Positions 25,547 to 38,757 of a DNA stretch of 64,000 nucleotides are shown piece after piece; positions within the stretch are counted from its first letter, which is position 1; each line of letters opens with the position of its first letter. Both the position numbers and the translations under genes were made by a program. Source of the DNA: Tricharina praecox (lineage: Eukaryota); assembly GCF_024521635.1 (NCBI RefSeq), contig NW_026250407.1, forward strand, positions 1,550,001-1,614,000. Direction: 5' to 3'. The notes under the pieces are model-generated. The model was not told the DNA's origin. It ran no database searches and saw only the letters and a list, made by a program, of their open reading frames with translations.

Positions 25547-27554
25547 GGCTAGGAGGAGGGTGAGAGTGAGGGGATCGTGGTAGTGGGAGGGGGGTTATCT
25601 GCGACGACTTGGGGGGCGGAGGAACGCAGTCAGTTTGACGGACAGACAGACAGACGGGCGGACACACAGGCGATCGTGATCCCGGCTGGATGCTGGCAGG
25701 TCGGATACGGAAAGTGGACGGCGTGGGACTGGGTGTTACCCCGCAGATGTGCTGCTGGGAGCTGGGAGATGCGACCGTGTGTGTGGGGTAGTTAACGAGT
25801 GTGGGTATGGTAGACGATGTTTCGTTTCGTTTCCTCGGAGGCTTCTGGACGAGGGGGGGTGCTACGTAAAGAAAAGAGATGCTCGGCTCCCACCCCTTGC
25901 TCCAGTGGCGCTTAACAAGTAGAGTATCTGCCAGATGTCTAGGAGTAACGTATCTGAAAACCTTGAAGCTCAAGAAGAATGGCGAAACTTCTTTCTTTCT
26001 TCTTCTTTTCCTTTCTTTTCTGCCGCTGAAGCTATGGAATCTTCGGTGATTTGGCTCAAACTTTTATATGTGCAACGTCATCACATTGTTTCGCTCGCGT
26101 CTGGGTCTGGTCCTGGCTTTTTGGAACGAAAGCTTGCCACGGTGTGCCACCTGGGGCCCCGAGACCAGACCACAAGTCCGGGACATGGTTCATTCGGTGT
26201 GCCGAGATTTCCGAATGATGAATCCCCCCCAGGCCCCAGCTCCGAGCCGATGGATCATGGATGTGAGAATGAGATTGCTGAGTAATTTTGTTTCTGTGCG
26301 GTTCACGGCGATGCCGGGACCAGGTACCAGACTCCAGGTAGGCACGTGTCTGCGCCCCATATTCACAAACTATCATTCCTTCCTAGATGTCGCAAGTAGA
26401 ATGGAAGTTTTAAATCTAGGTATTTGGCAGTGGAGATTGGGTGAGGATCGTGTAACTAGGAGGTATGTGTACCTAGAATCTAGATGTACTCCAAAGTGAA
26501 CTTTGAGGTTGAGCATACTCTACTAGTACTCTAGACCTCTCGCGATGCCACTGTGGCTGGGGAGATGATATTATGGTGGCTGATGATCAGTGACCACACC
26601 TACCGACCGATATTCAGAGTACAGGCCAGCTTTCGCTCTCCGCCACCCCGCCGTCTAAAACTTAATGGCTATCGTCAGACAGCTGCCCGTCATGATCACG
26701 GCCGAGCTTCTTCTAATTCCAGCTACGAATAAAGAACCGTGGCAGCGGTACAGTATCGAGCAGAACCCGGCATAGTAGATCGACGGTCCAACAGAGTACC
26801 TAGACTGAATGGAGACTGTGAGGTTGAATGAATAATATGTACAGTAGAGTACCTATTCGCCGTCCAAGACCCGTGAAATCGAGTGATAATGTCATCGAAC
26901 TCTCGAAAGTTGAAACTCAAACGCCCAAACCATATTTTGCTTGTCACCATTCAGCACCCCGCACTTAAAGAAAACAACTGCACCCAGCCGTATTCAACTG
27001 CTCTTTGAACACCAGCCAGCCATCCGCCTTCAACTGCTCCCCCAGCACCAGACGGCGGTCCGATACTTACCCCACTGCTCCCTGAGATTGATGATATATC
27101 ATCCATCAACCACCGACCACCGAAGCGACAAACTCGAGCTTCGAGCTGCACCAAGTTCCGCTACCCTTCACACCGGTGCCCAAGTCCGACCTGATCCGGA
27201 AGTGCGTCGCATTCGCATTCGCATTCGCAATCACCGGTCATCGAGCCGATGCGGGCCAAGTTCTTCCGCGCCACTCTCGAATCTTGAGTTCGCAAGAAGT
27301 GGGCGCATTTTCGGCCCGGCCCTCGGAGTTTCGAATTCGTGCGGGGCACATTTGCTCCCAGGGCAACGATTGACGAAATGCTGCGCAATGGACGGAAGCA
27401 GACGGCGACTCGCGCATCCAATTCCCAAGCGAAGGTGAAGGCGCTGCTTTGGTGTTGAGGCGGCCACGGTTCTCTGGCCGGTATATCCGCGCGCGCGGTG
27501 CAATTGGTGGCTTGCAGTCGGCTCACTGCTCTTGGATTCTTGGATTCTGAGTGA

Positions 27555-27775
27555 CGGCACTGCCATACTGCCGTCGAGACTGCTGGAGGCTCAAGCTGTG
27601 TGTCTTTCGCTGATTGTGCGCTGCCATCGACACTGATAGAGGCTGGAGCTATGTGTCTTTCGCTAACTATGCGCTACCATCGACACTATTGGAACTGTGT
27701 GTCTTTCGCTGACTATGTACTGACATAGACACTGCTGGAGGCTGGGGCTGTGTGTCTTCCGCTGACTGTGCACCG
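27555..27775. repeat. Diverged tandem repeat of about 45-55 bp x4 (gctgtgtgtctttcgctga...gc.ccatcgacact)
   Basis: tgtgtctttcgct recurs at about 27599, 27652, 27698 and 27750. Confidence 0.8.
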
Positions 27776-29151
27776 CGATCATCAATGGACGGAACAAGCT
27801 AAATGGGCCGAACCAGCGCACCTGATATCCAAATTCGTCACTCATGGAGAGTTATCAAAATGTTTCCCGTATAAACGCCTCTGCCAACTTCTGCCATGCC
27901 CTCGAGACGAACGAACGGTGGATTTTTCGGCGTGCGCGAGCTCATGCGGACATGACCGGCTGTTTCGTTGTGGCTCAGCTGAGGGATTTCAGCAGCTGGT
28001 CAGCATCTCCACCAACACAGCAGTATGAAGAATGGACAATTATGAGACGGAGAAATAGCTGCCTTCCGCGGTGGGCAAGGAGGACGATACTTATTCGACT
28101 GAAGGCTGGAAGTGCTGCTCCCAAGGTGAAGGCCACTGGTGGGATGGGTACAGTACTATATGTACTGTCTACTATACACTCGCTGGCGCAAGATCTCCAG
28201 GCTATGGGCAAGGGTTCTCGTCTCATCCTGCCGCGCCACAGATGCCTGAGACCGAGCTCATGCCAGCCCGCGGTTGCCTCATTTGTTCTCCACACTTTCC
28301 ATGGCGGGCTTGGCCGCAACCCCATCCACTAACCGCTCGGACTCGGCTCTGCATGACGACTATCAATGCCACAGGGAGGTCCAACCACAGCCCCCGTCTC
28401 GAAAGACACAATTTCTTTTGAGCCTTTAGCACAACGGCAGCAGCCAGGGGTTATCGCAAAATGGGTGGCAGAGCGTACAGAAGGGTGCAGTAGAATACTG
28501 CATCTACGCTGGACAGTTACAGCAAGGCCCTGGTGCGGGAGATAGAGTAGGTACTCTACATAGAAGGATGGTGAGACGGACTCCCTCTCTCTTCCCTCCT
28601 TTCAACTTCTTCCAACTATCCAGCATCTCATCGACTCCTTTTCAACCGCCCCCAGCAAAATTGTCGAACGCCCGGGTATTCTACTCGCAAACCAACCGCC
28701 ATCCCACCACCTCTCCCCCTCTCTGCATTCCCGTCTCAGCCCTTGTGTCATCCGCTCTGCGTACAGGTTGTTGTACGGAAACAGAGAAACGAGTGCATCG
28801 ACGGCCGTGATCTGAAAAAGAGTGAGTCTCCCTCTCTCCTTCCCCTCAGCAAGTCATCCCTCCCAGCCATCCCTCCCCTCAGCAAGTCATCCCTCCACCT
28901 CCCTGTCACCTTCTTATCTTTATCGCCAGGAACAAGCGAGGAGCTGACCGCGTCACAGCCAAAACACAGAAAGAAACGAACGACACGCGATCGATTAACG
29001 AACCTCATTCCTCGTCCTCGCGTCCGCACGTATCCGCAAGTCACCTCCCGCGTCTCGGTCAGCTGCAGCTACCGTCCTCCTTGTCGCCGCTACTTAACCT
29101 ACCTCCCCCGACCTACACCGTCGACAAGCACCAACATCAACCACGCAAACA

Positions 29152-29882
29152 ATGGCTTCCGACCATGAATTAGATCTCGAGTACCGAGCGGGCTGCCGCG
29201 AAATCAGTTCGACCAACATCGTGAGTCTACCTGCTCTCTCCCGCTCGCTTACCGAGTACCTACCCGATCGTGGAGCTAACGGAGGCCGGGAGCCAGGACT
29301 CTTGCGCGTGCTTTCGCGAATCAGCTCAATGATATTTTCCTGCTCGACGACCAGCTCGACAAGCTCGACCAGAGTGTTAGTCGGAAGTGAGTTGCGCGAG
29401 TTCTCTTGATTTTCGTGTTGTGGCGAGCTCTCGGCCGATGGGAGCGCATAGATACCCCTTTTTTTGTTCCCCCGCGTCCTCCCCGCCGCGCGATCTCCCC
29501 CCTGTCACTGGTTTCCCGCCATCTCGTTCCACGGCAATTTCCCGCCCCCGCGCCATCCCTCTTTGCGCACGCCTAGCTAACAAGCGCAGAAAGCAAAGCG
29601 TCTCGTACCAAAACTCGGAGCTTGCGCTCCTCGAAGCGCGGATAAAGCAGGCCGAAAGCTGCTGGAGGAAAAGAAGCAGCGACTTGCTGGCCGGTCACCC
29701 ACGTCCTCGGCAAGAAGCAACGTCCCCGATTACGCGCCCAACCCCGCCTCTCGGCTATCGCGAAGGCAGATGAGCAGACCGCCGAGGACGGTGCCGAGCC
29801 GAAGGAGGGCTCCGCCGCTCAGGAAAATGGGTACCAGGCTAGACCGCCACCACCACCACCGAGCGTGCCCACCAACGTCTAG
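29152..29882 (+). pseudogene. Small coiled-coil protein gene resembling a conserved fungal hypothetical family, with about 3 apparent frameshifts (pseudogene or assembly errors)
   Basis: acaATG start; two canonical introns (GTGAGT...gctaac...cag at about 29221-29296 and 29387-29589). Spliced core TLARAFANQLNDIFLLDDQLDKLDQSVSRKKQSVSYQNSELALLEARIKQAE. Frame jumps are needed in exon 1, at 29655-57 (AE-KLLEEKKQRL) and before AIAKADEQ...PPPPPSVPTNV*. Confidence 0.6.
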
Positions 29883-30974
29883 GGACCGGGCACTCCCGCG
29901 GAATAGGCGGAAGGGAGGTTTAGACAGGATGGGGTGTTTCTGCTTTTCTTCGAGAGGGCGGTGGTCCGTGGATGCGGGTGCCGGTGGTTGGTGGTTGGTT
30001 GGCGGTGGTGGTTGGGGAGTTTTTGTTTATGTTCTTTTTTTTTATTTCGGCTTAGACTCATGGTTGATGATACTCTAAGCTTTCTTTCCTTCCTTCCATC
30101 TGCTCCTCCTCTTCGTTCGTTCCCTACTGCTTGTGTGGCCGAGGGGGGATAGATAGATCGCTATGTATTTTTTAATTATGGGTTTCTTCATCTTCATCTT
30201 CATCTTCGGCTGTTTGGACTTTCGCTTCTGTGCATAAGTATGGATGGTGGGCGCATGGGTGGGCGCGGAGAGGGAGGCGGAGCACGTGTGATGTGCGCGG
30301 TGGGTCCGCACGACTCACGAGTGTGGGAGTCTGGAGACATACCTGGGCGACTGATGTGGTGATGTGGTGATGTGATCGAACGGAACACGACGATTACGGC
30401 TGCACGTACACGGGGTGAGCGGACTGGGTGTGAATAACTCGTCGAAGTAAAGCCATAATTTTGCGAGGTGGGAAGGATATCATCAGTACACAGTAATATG
30501 TAGATGCAACGGATACCCGTATGTAAGCTATGCGCCCCGCACGATTCTCCAAATAGCCCTTCGATACGGTACCCCATGGCCCGAAGACCTGCACTTGGCA
30601 CTTGCGCACACAGTCAGAAGACCACGTGATCGACACTAGATAGTACCCATATATCACTCGCCGTCCGAATGACGGTTTGTGGGTGAGTGTTACGCTGAGC
30701 TGCTCCGAGTACCAGTCCCCCAACCCGAACTGGACGGAAGTAAAGTGGTTGCAGCCAGCCTCACCCTCGTAGACGTGATTTCACAGCCACTGCACACGGC
30801 CACTGCACACGGCCACTGCACACGACGTAAACGATAGTTCCAAATCCCGATACGACGCGCGCACTGAAGGGGCAGCTTCACGCACCAAGTCCAAAAAACC
30901 TCATGTCACCACCGGTCCCCATCTCCGGCGAGATATCCTATTGCTGCGGGGTTTCGTCTTCGTGCTTCCTAGAT

Positions 30975-31765
30975 ATCATACCAGGTTAGCAAACTTCCCC
31001 ACAGATTCACGCTAGGAAGGCGGTGTAGTAGGCAGTGTAGTAAGGGAACTCTTCAGTAATGAATCTTCGTCAGGATTCGGGACAATTACTTTTAATCCTT
31101 GAGTTCTGGGATGGGATTGGATGGGTGAGGGGGGTGAGACTGGACAGGTACTACCGTAGTAGCTGACTTACTTGAACTTAGAGGAATCCAGCTTGTTTGA
31201 CTGTTTGACTGTTTGGCGTATGGGTAGGTTTTGTACTCGTCTTTCCTACACACCATCCCGCCAACCAGGGCATACGGGTTAGCTAATTTCTACGACAGAT
31301 GGGGCTGGGAAAGCGGTGAAGTAGGCATGTGGATTGGACTCTTCATAGCGATGAACATTGAATCTTCGTCAGGATTCCGAAAAACCAGTTGTTAATCCTT
31401 GAGTTCTGGGATGGAAGGGATCGGAGGGGTGAGCTCGAGACGGGGCAGGTGGGTGGCTTATTTGAACAGTTGAGCTTGCGCGAATGCAGCTTGTCTGGCG
31501 GATGGGTGTATGGGTAGGTTTTATACTGTCTTTTCTACACATCATCCCGCCCATCGGGGGGCATACAGGTTAGCAAACCTCCCGTGATACAATCGGCTGC
31601 AGAGGTAATATAGTAGGAATGTAGATAGAACGCTTCATACTGATGAATTTTCGTCAGGATTCGGAGATTCGAATATTAATTCTTGAGTTCTGGGATTAGG
31701 GGAGGGATTGGGGGGTTGGATGGAGGGTGAGCTAGAGACGGGGTGGATGGCTTAGTTCAGTTAAC
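30975..31765. repeat. Tandem repeat of about 290 bp x about 2.7
   Basis: ttcgtcaggattc...ttaat.cttgagttctggga at about 31066, 31365 and 31650; ggttagc at 30984, 31277 and 31568. Confidence 0.88.
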
Positions 31766-32249
31766 TTACGCTACACAATGACTGAATGTCCTGTTCGTCC
31801 TGCATCTCGAACTTGTGGTTTGAACTTTGAAGATTGAGTCAGTGAAGTTAGGCTTCCGACGGTTCGGACGGAAAGGAGAAGCAATGGGTGTATAATCCGG
31901 CCGAACTCTTCGATCCGTATGCGCCTCATCATCAGCCCATTCGAGATCTATGGTAAAAATCCGCGCAGCCCACGTCAGCATAGACCACAAAATATATGCG
32001 ACAGAAAAACTGGTTTCATCTCTTCAGATTCATTCCAAGGTCATCCGGTCGTGTAGACTTCAGTACCTAAACTAACCCATCCTAGGAAGAAAAAAGCGGG
32101 AATTGGAATGTGAGTATGTCAATGATAAATCAAAGACGGCTTACCCCACTCAGTTGGCTGTTTTGCCAGCCTTCAGACCAAGGTTCGGTTGGCGGTGGTG
32201 ATGGTAGTGGTGGAGGCGATCTGCGTCCCGGTGCGCTGCCCTGGATCAC

Positions 32250-33665
32250 CGCGATAGTCGGGTCGGGTCCTTCCTGGAGAGATCGCGAGAGCGTCAGTGA
32301 AATCTTCGGCGTAGGTAGTAAATCGGGGGAAATCATTTTGGCAGTCGTCTCATCAGTTGGTAAGTTTGTTACTTCATGGTCAGGTAGACCTCGGTGTAGA
32401 TTGCAAATCATCCTCGAGATGTGTAGGTGACGGGATAGGGCGGAACAAAGACGGATTACCTTCGGAACGGATGCTGTGGATTCTGCGAAGGCGCCGTTGT
32501 TCGAGCAACCCGGATACTGGCCTGCAAAGTGAACTCCTCATGTCAGTGAAGTCTTCGGCATGATAAATCGGGAAACATCATTGTTGGCAGTCGTCTCATC
32601 AGTTCGATAGGTTTATTTCATGGCCCCGAAGACCTCAATGCAACTTTTCAAATCATCCTTAAGACCTTTAGGTGATGGGAGAGGGCGTAAGCTGGAAGGG
32701 AGGCGGATTACCTTTGGAACGGATGCTGTGCATTCCGCGAAGGCGCCGGTACTCGAGTGCACCGGGATGCTGGCCTGGAAACGGAATTTCTCATGTCAGC
32801 GACGTTCTTGACCATTCAAACCAGGAAAAATTATTGCGGTGGCCAGTCTCTTCAGATCGGTAGGTTTACTTCATGGTCACGTAGACCTCGGTGTAGATTG
32901 CAAATCATCCTTGAGATCTGTGGGTGATTGGAGAGGGCGGAATTTGGATGGGAGGCGGATTACCTTCCGAAAGGATGCTGTGGATTTTGCGAAGGCGCAG
33001 TTATTTGAACACACTAGGTCAGCCTAGAAAATAAATTCCTCATGTCAGCGAATTTCTTGACCATTCAAACTAGGTAGGAAAGTCATTGTTGGCAGCCGTC
33101 TCATCAGTTCGGTAGGTTTGCTTCATGGTCATGAAGACCTCAGTGCAACTTTCCAAATCATCCTTAAGATCTGTAGGTGATGGGAGAGGGTGGAACGGAG
33201 GAGGATTACCTTGAAAACGATGCTGAAGATTCTGCGAAGGCGATGTGATTCGGGCATACCGAGCCGGGTCATTCCTTGATAGATCGCACGAGCGTCAGTA
33301 AAATCTTCGGCGTATCAAGTCGGGAAAAATCATTTTGGTAGCCAGTCTCTTCAGTTCGGTAGGTTTACTTCATGGTCGCGAAGACCTCGGTGTAGATTGC
33401 AAATCATCCTTGAGTTCTGTAGGTAGGTGATGAGAGAGGGTGGAAAGTGAATTACCTTTCAAAAGAGTGTTGTAGGTCCCACGAAGACGGCGGTACTCGA
33501 GAAACCCGGTTGCTGGCCTGGAAAGCGAACTCCTCATGTCAGCGAAGTTCTTGACTATTCAAATCAGAAAAATTCATTGTTGGCAGCCGTCTCATCAGTT
33601 CGATAGGTTTGCTTCATGGTCACGAAGACCTCAGCGCATACGTTTATTCATCATTGAGTTCCGGC
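32250..33665. repeat. Tandem array of about 248-bp units x about 5.5-6 with alternating (dimeric, about 500 bp) higher-order structure
   Basis: g(c/t)cgtctc(a/t)tcag(t/a)t at about 32345, 32590, 32845, 33095, 33342 and 33586. ctcggtgtagattgcaaatcatcc at 32389, 32888 and 33386 alternates with ctca.tgcaactt..caaatcatcc at 32634 and 33139. Confidence 0.92.
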
Positions 33666-34049
33666 TCAGAGGAGGAGGAGGGAGGAAAGCGACGAACGAC
33701 TTACGTTCTAAAGGAAGCCGATCGTTGCTGCGCATATTTGGTCGTAGCCTAGAGAGTGAGTTTCATATCTTTAGATTTCTCGCCATGGTGCACCAGGAGT
33801 GATCGAGGTATGTTTACCAGTCTTGCCGGAATCGCAGATTTGTCGCCAGGACCGCGTACCTAGATCGGTTGATCATCCATGAGGTAGATGGCAGAGGATG
33901 GGAATAATGTAAACATATCGAGTAATACTCATAATACAGGAACGACCTGTCCAGGCGAGCGAGAAATTATCTGGCGATGAGCAGTACCGTGTGTTAGTAA
34001 AATCCTTTCAACCGATTAAACAAAGCAAACACCAGCGTATATCGATCAA

Positions 34050-34670
34050 CATTATCAGACTACAGTTCGAGTCGTCAGAGTCCCGGAGGACTGGCGTACT
34101 ATACATTTCTCATCCTGAGTTGATTGGGGAAGGGAAGGGAATAAATCAAACAAGCAACATGAATAACTTACATAATCTCCCTCGTTTTCCATGCTTGAGT
34201 CCCCCATCCGGTATTCGTCCTAGTAAGCTGCAGACTGCGTCATTAAAGTTCGCTCGACAGGTCAAAGCAGGAAGCATCCAGGCAATGTTTGTCAGTCTCA
34301 TTAGACTACAGTTTGAGTCGTCAGAGTCCCGAAGGACTTCCGTACTACAAAAGTTCTCATCCTGAGTTGATTGGGGGAGGGAAGGGAATATATCATGTAG
34401 GTAAGCAAGGACAACTTACACAATCTCCCTCGTTGGCCATGCCTGAGTTCCCTCATCCGATGTCGTCCTAGTAAGCTGCAGACTGCGTCAGTAAAGTTCG
34501 CTTGACCGATCAAAGTAGGAAGCATCCAAGCAATATTTTTCAGTCTCATCGGAGAAGAAGTGTATCGACAAAGTCTCGTAGACATCGGAAATGTAAACAG
34601 GTCATCATTGAGCTGGTTGGGGGGGGGAAGGGAATATATCATGTAAGCAAGCAAGGACGACTTACGATCA
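34050..34670. repeat. Tandem repeat of about 245 bp x about 2.5; each unit contains a minus-strand intron-like segment
   Basis: agactacagtt.gagtcgtcagagtccc at 34057 and 34303; gaagggaata.atca...acttac (reverse complement GTAAGT donor) at 34167, 34414 and 34659. Confidence 0.88.
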
Positions 34671-35442
34671 GGGGAATGTGTGTGAGATGGATGCGAGAAA
34701 TTGTGGAGGAGAAGAGAAGGGAGTAGAAAAGTAGAGGATAGAGAAGAAGAGAAAGAGGAGACGAGCGAGTGGGTCTTAAAGATGGGTATCCACGTCGATC
34801 CGCGCTACCGTTTTCCTCAGTTAGTAGAGGGTATGCCCTTATCGATCTATGAGTAGAACTAGCGCGAAGGCCTTGGTGGGAGCCGCATAATTTCGCCGCC
34901 TATGATATGAGGTAACTACAGGTCAAATCACTCAGAGTCGGGGGTGCTCTGGTCTCTGTTGTCGGAAGATCCGGCAGCGCTCCACAGAAAATGACTCGTT
35001 CGCGTGGGTCCAGGCGGAATAAATCCGAGCGCGCTTCAGTCCGGGTCGATAGCTCTGCCGCCTAGATACAGAACATACATACTCGGCTATGTCTCACAGC
35101 GCAGCTTCCCGCCTGCTCCCGGCTCCTTTGGTTTCCGCAACCGTCAACGTGGGCCATAGAATCCCGCTACCGTCCCGCTCCCGCTACTCCACCGCACATC
35201 GCTCGCCTCCCACCGAAAATAACCGACAAGCTGGCGTCGGTAGTCAGCTGCATCATCAGACCTCAGTCTACGGTGCGCGACAAAATTTGGGGAGCATGCT
35301 GAATTGACTAATGACTATTCTAAGCGATGAGGTGAGGGGAGGCTGATACCCCGGTTGAAGCCTTGTTTGGTGATTTGCCCAGAAGTGAATCACCAGATCT
35401 CTCCGTCTGTGGCTTGGGGCAGTGTTGATGCTCGTGTCTAGG

Positions 35443-36330
35443 TTTTTTTTGGTTTAATCATTGATTTCATGCAACCTACAGACCTATCTAGATCATGGCG
35501 ATATATACACACCCGCACACCGTTTCCGCAAGCTCCGCTTTCCACTCCGTCTCGCCGCCTCGACGCCCTCTGCTTCTTCGTCACAAGATGCCATGAAAGA
35601 AGTTGCGGGGAGGAACAGCGGGAGTGACCTCGGCACCCCGGCACCTCAAGCTCAGCGTCCTCCTCTTTCGCTCGCCTCATCTCCACCTGCCCACACCAGT
35701 GATCCAGTGGTGGCGACAAAGCCCAAGATGACCTGTCTGCACCGTCCGTCTGCGAACGCCGGAGAAGTCTCAGATCTCGAAGCGATCATTGCCTCCCCGT
35801 CTCCTTCCGAGCCTTACGTCCTCCGCCCACGAAATCTTCAGCTGGCTCTCCCATTCAGGGCAGCATTTGAAGAGTTGCTCCCGGGTCTGGGTCTGGGTCT
35901 GGGTCCTGTAACGGCAACATCCGCACCGCGCGGCGTGCTTCAGGGTGGATCTTCGTCCACTGGAGGTGCTGGAAGTGCTAGAGGTGAGGCTGTGCCGGTA
36001 CTTCTTGCTGGTGACTTTGCTGTCGGTGCATGCCTTGACCTCTTTCCACTCAGCCACCGCGCTTCAGCCTTCAGGTAGCAGGGCCTGCCACTCAGACTCC
36101 GCTCTCGGTGGGATTATTGGCAGCCAGCTTGGCCCGTCCGCCAGCCTTCTCTTTTCCGGGGAAGTCGGGGACGCCTTTGCCCTGTGCCGGGCACCATCTG
36201 ATCTCCATGGCAATCTCCGGCGAGGGCGGCGATGTGCTTACGTGCCTGGTTTGCGTACTTCCGGCTGGGGCCGCTTGCGCATACGTGTAGGTAGATGGTG
36301 ACTCTGACCCGGGCCCGGCAGCCGGTTGAC
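35443..36330 (-). mobile_element. Degenerate non-LTR retrotransposon (Tad/I-like LINE) 3' remnant: RNase H plus C-terminal Cys/His zinc-binding region
   Basis: Broken minus-strand frames give RVTIYLH...KYANQARKHIAAL, EIRWCPAQGKGVP.FPGKEKAGGRAKLAA (RNase H WxPAH..PGNE.AD..AK.AA-like) and CGCCRYRTQT...REQLFKCCPEWESQLKISWAE..GNDRFEI (CxxC...HLFxxC-like). An A-run at the 3' end reads as T8 at 35443-35450. Confidence 0.8.
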
Positions 36331-38757
36331 TGTCGTGGGTGCTTGTTTCCAGGCTGTGCGATTCACGATCTGAGCGAATAGTAAGTTAGTGAGCGAGTGA
36401 GGTTACATGAAGGACCTACCATGGATGGATGGAGTGTGCTCTAGGTAGATCGTTTTTGGGGGCCATGTTGGCACCACTGACCAGTACTCGCATGGCTACA
36501 GCCTGCAGGTATACAGGTACATTTCAGATTCGGACACACAGAAGGAAGGAAGGAAGAGGTGTTGCCATCCGCAAACTTCGAAGTCTAGACCTCCACTGGC
36601 ACCGGGGCGTCCAACAATAACCACCAGATCTCTTCGCACATTGAGTGGAAGCCGCGAGTGAGCGAGCTTCGCCCTAAGACTAGATTTGAGTATATCTCCG
36701 GCGTACCTACCCCAGGTCCCCAGCCAGTATGTCCTAAGCTTCTAGAAGCACATTCGCGCATCATCGTGTCAGCCCCTGTAGAGTATCGACTGGAACCACC
36801 AGTGAGTCGTGACGTGAAGCTCCTTCCCCAGCGCCGTATCGGAGGTGCACCGAGGTTTCTAAAATCTAAAATAGGCATATCGCGCGTGTGCGCCGCCGCG
36901 TGCGTCAATCCTGTAGGTACCATCATACGATTGCATACCGCATACCGCATACCGCACACCAGGCTGAGCTAACTACCGTTACATACCACAACTGCCAGCG
37001 CCGGCGTGCTGAGAGCCTGAGAAGCGTGAGTGGCTATGGCAACGGCCGGCGGCATGGAGGATTGGTGAGCGGCTTCCGCAGGCTCCGGAGGCGCGGGATT
37101 GTGTCGCCCGGGGTTATGTCGCGGGGTAGGTACAAGACGATTGTCGATCCAAAAGATCGCCGATCCCGCTGCCATGCCTTCATTCAGCGCCTGTAGAGTA
37201 GCGTCGAAACTTGAAACTTGAAATGCCAAGTTGTCAACTCGGACAAAAGCTGAGATGTTGGGGGCGGTGGCGTTACTGGCGTAGGGCTGTGAACTGCGGG
37301 GTTCGTTCATGACCATGTTCGGGATGGGAAAGTGGCGAGCACGTGCCGTTCGTCGTATTCACTAGGTGATGATCCCACTCTACAACTTCCCAAGCCCGGA
37401 AAGCTGAAGCCTGAGGCCTGAAGGAAAGAAGGATGGTTGGTTGCTGGGACGATCACGACAGGGATAACCACTCTACCTACCAATGCTACCATAGTACACA
37501 TAAAGCTTATGTAGACACTCACTTGACGATAGGAACGCACTCCCCCGTAACTCGTTACCGCACTCCACACCTCACTGCTCAGCATCGTCACACGCGCAAC
37601 ACACTCTATCTACGAGTAGAGTAGGTACGGCATTCATTGGACACCAGCACTTCGTCGCAACTTGCTCCGCCCCCGACTCCCCGAGATCACTGCAGGTCCG
37701 CAGGTCTGCAGCGCCGAAGAGTCCAAAGAGAGACGCTCAAAGCGACGGAAACGTCGGATAGCGGATGACATACTGCTCCGTTTCGCTTTCACTTCGCTTT
37801 TCATGTGCCATCCAGCCTCCACAGTCCAGAGCTGTTTCCCCCGCCAGTCCAGCCCGTCCAGTGACTCCAGTACAGCCCCGCAAAACTGCCGTTTAACGTC
37901 ACGGCGCCACGATATCCGTCACGATATCCGCCACTGGCCCACTGGACCACTGGCTTTCCAACCTCCAGACTCCAGCTCCACTCCAGCCCCAACTTCCACT
38001 CCCATCCCGCACAATGAGATGAGCACAGCAGAATCGTGGAAGTCCCAAAAATGGCCATCCAATGGGGCCATGGGATAGATCACTAGTTGAGGCCTCGATC
38101 TTCCCGCATGTGCTGGCCAGACGCACTGGCCGGATGGTAAGACTGTCGAACCAAACATTGCCACGTGCAAACAGTGAGTTCACTGTCCAGAGTTCTGAGT
38201 GGCAGAGTCTCCGGTAGAGTCTCCGGCAGAGTCTCCGCGTGGATGCGATATCCGATAGAGGTGGGAATGGTGGTGCATGACGATGGAGTAGTAGGAGTAG
38301 AGTACTTACTTCGTATGTGCTCGTGTGTAGGTACCTGTAGGCTGCCGGTATGTAGCTGACGACATTGTGTGTCAGCCTCGGGACGGTAAGTAGTAAGAAG
38401 TACCCTCCTTATGTACTGCCTACCGGTACCATGGCAATACCCAAAACCCTCAGGCGAAGATACCTTATCTACAGTAGATACCCCAACTTTCCCCAAGATC
38501 AAACACCCCATCGCTTTTTTTTCACAGTCGACCGACCGACTACAAAGCACTACCGGTACTAGCTCATGCCTTCAAGGCTTCATACCGGTACATACCAACC
38601 GCCGCCCGCCGACCGAACCCAAAAATAACTCCGCGAACGCCTCCCTGCAAAAAAAAGCCAAAGCAAACCTCAGAGCCCTACCCGTCCTATGTACCTTATT
38701 TATCCCCGTCATCATCATCATCATCGAACACCCAGATGTGCTCCAGCGGCAGCAGAC

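Noticed and set aside
27750..28430. Faint BTB-like or other protein remnant
   Set aside because: Too weak and spread over several frames to support without a profile search.
32250..33665. Regularly spaced repeats suggestive of a CRISPR array
   Set aside because: Whole units are homologous, with no unique spacers; the context is eukaryotic and there are no cas genes.
35461..36078. 205-aa plus-strand ORF
   Set aside because: It is the antisense shadow of the LINE remnant.
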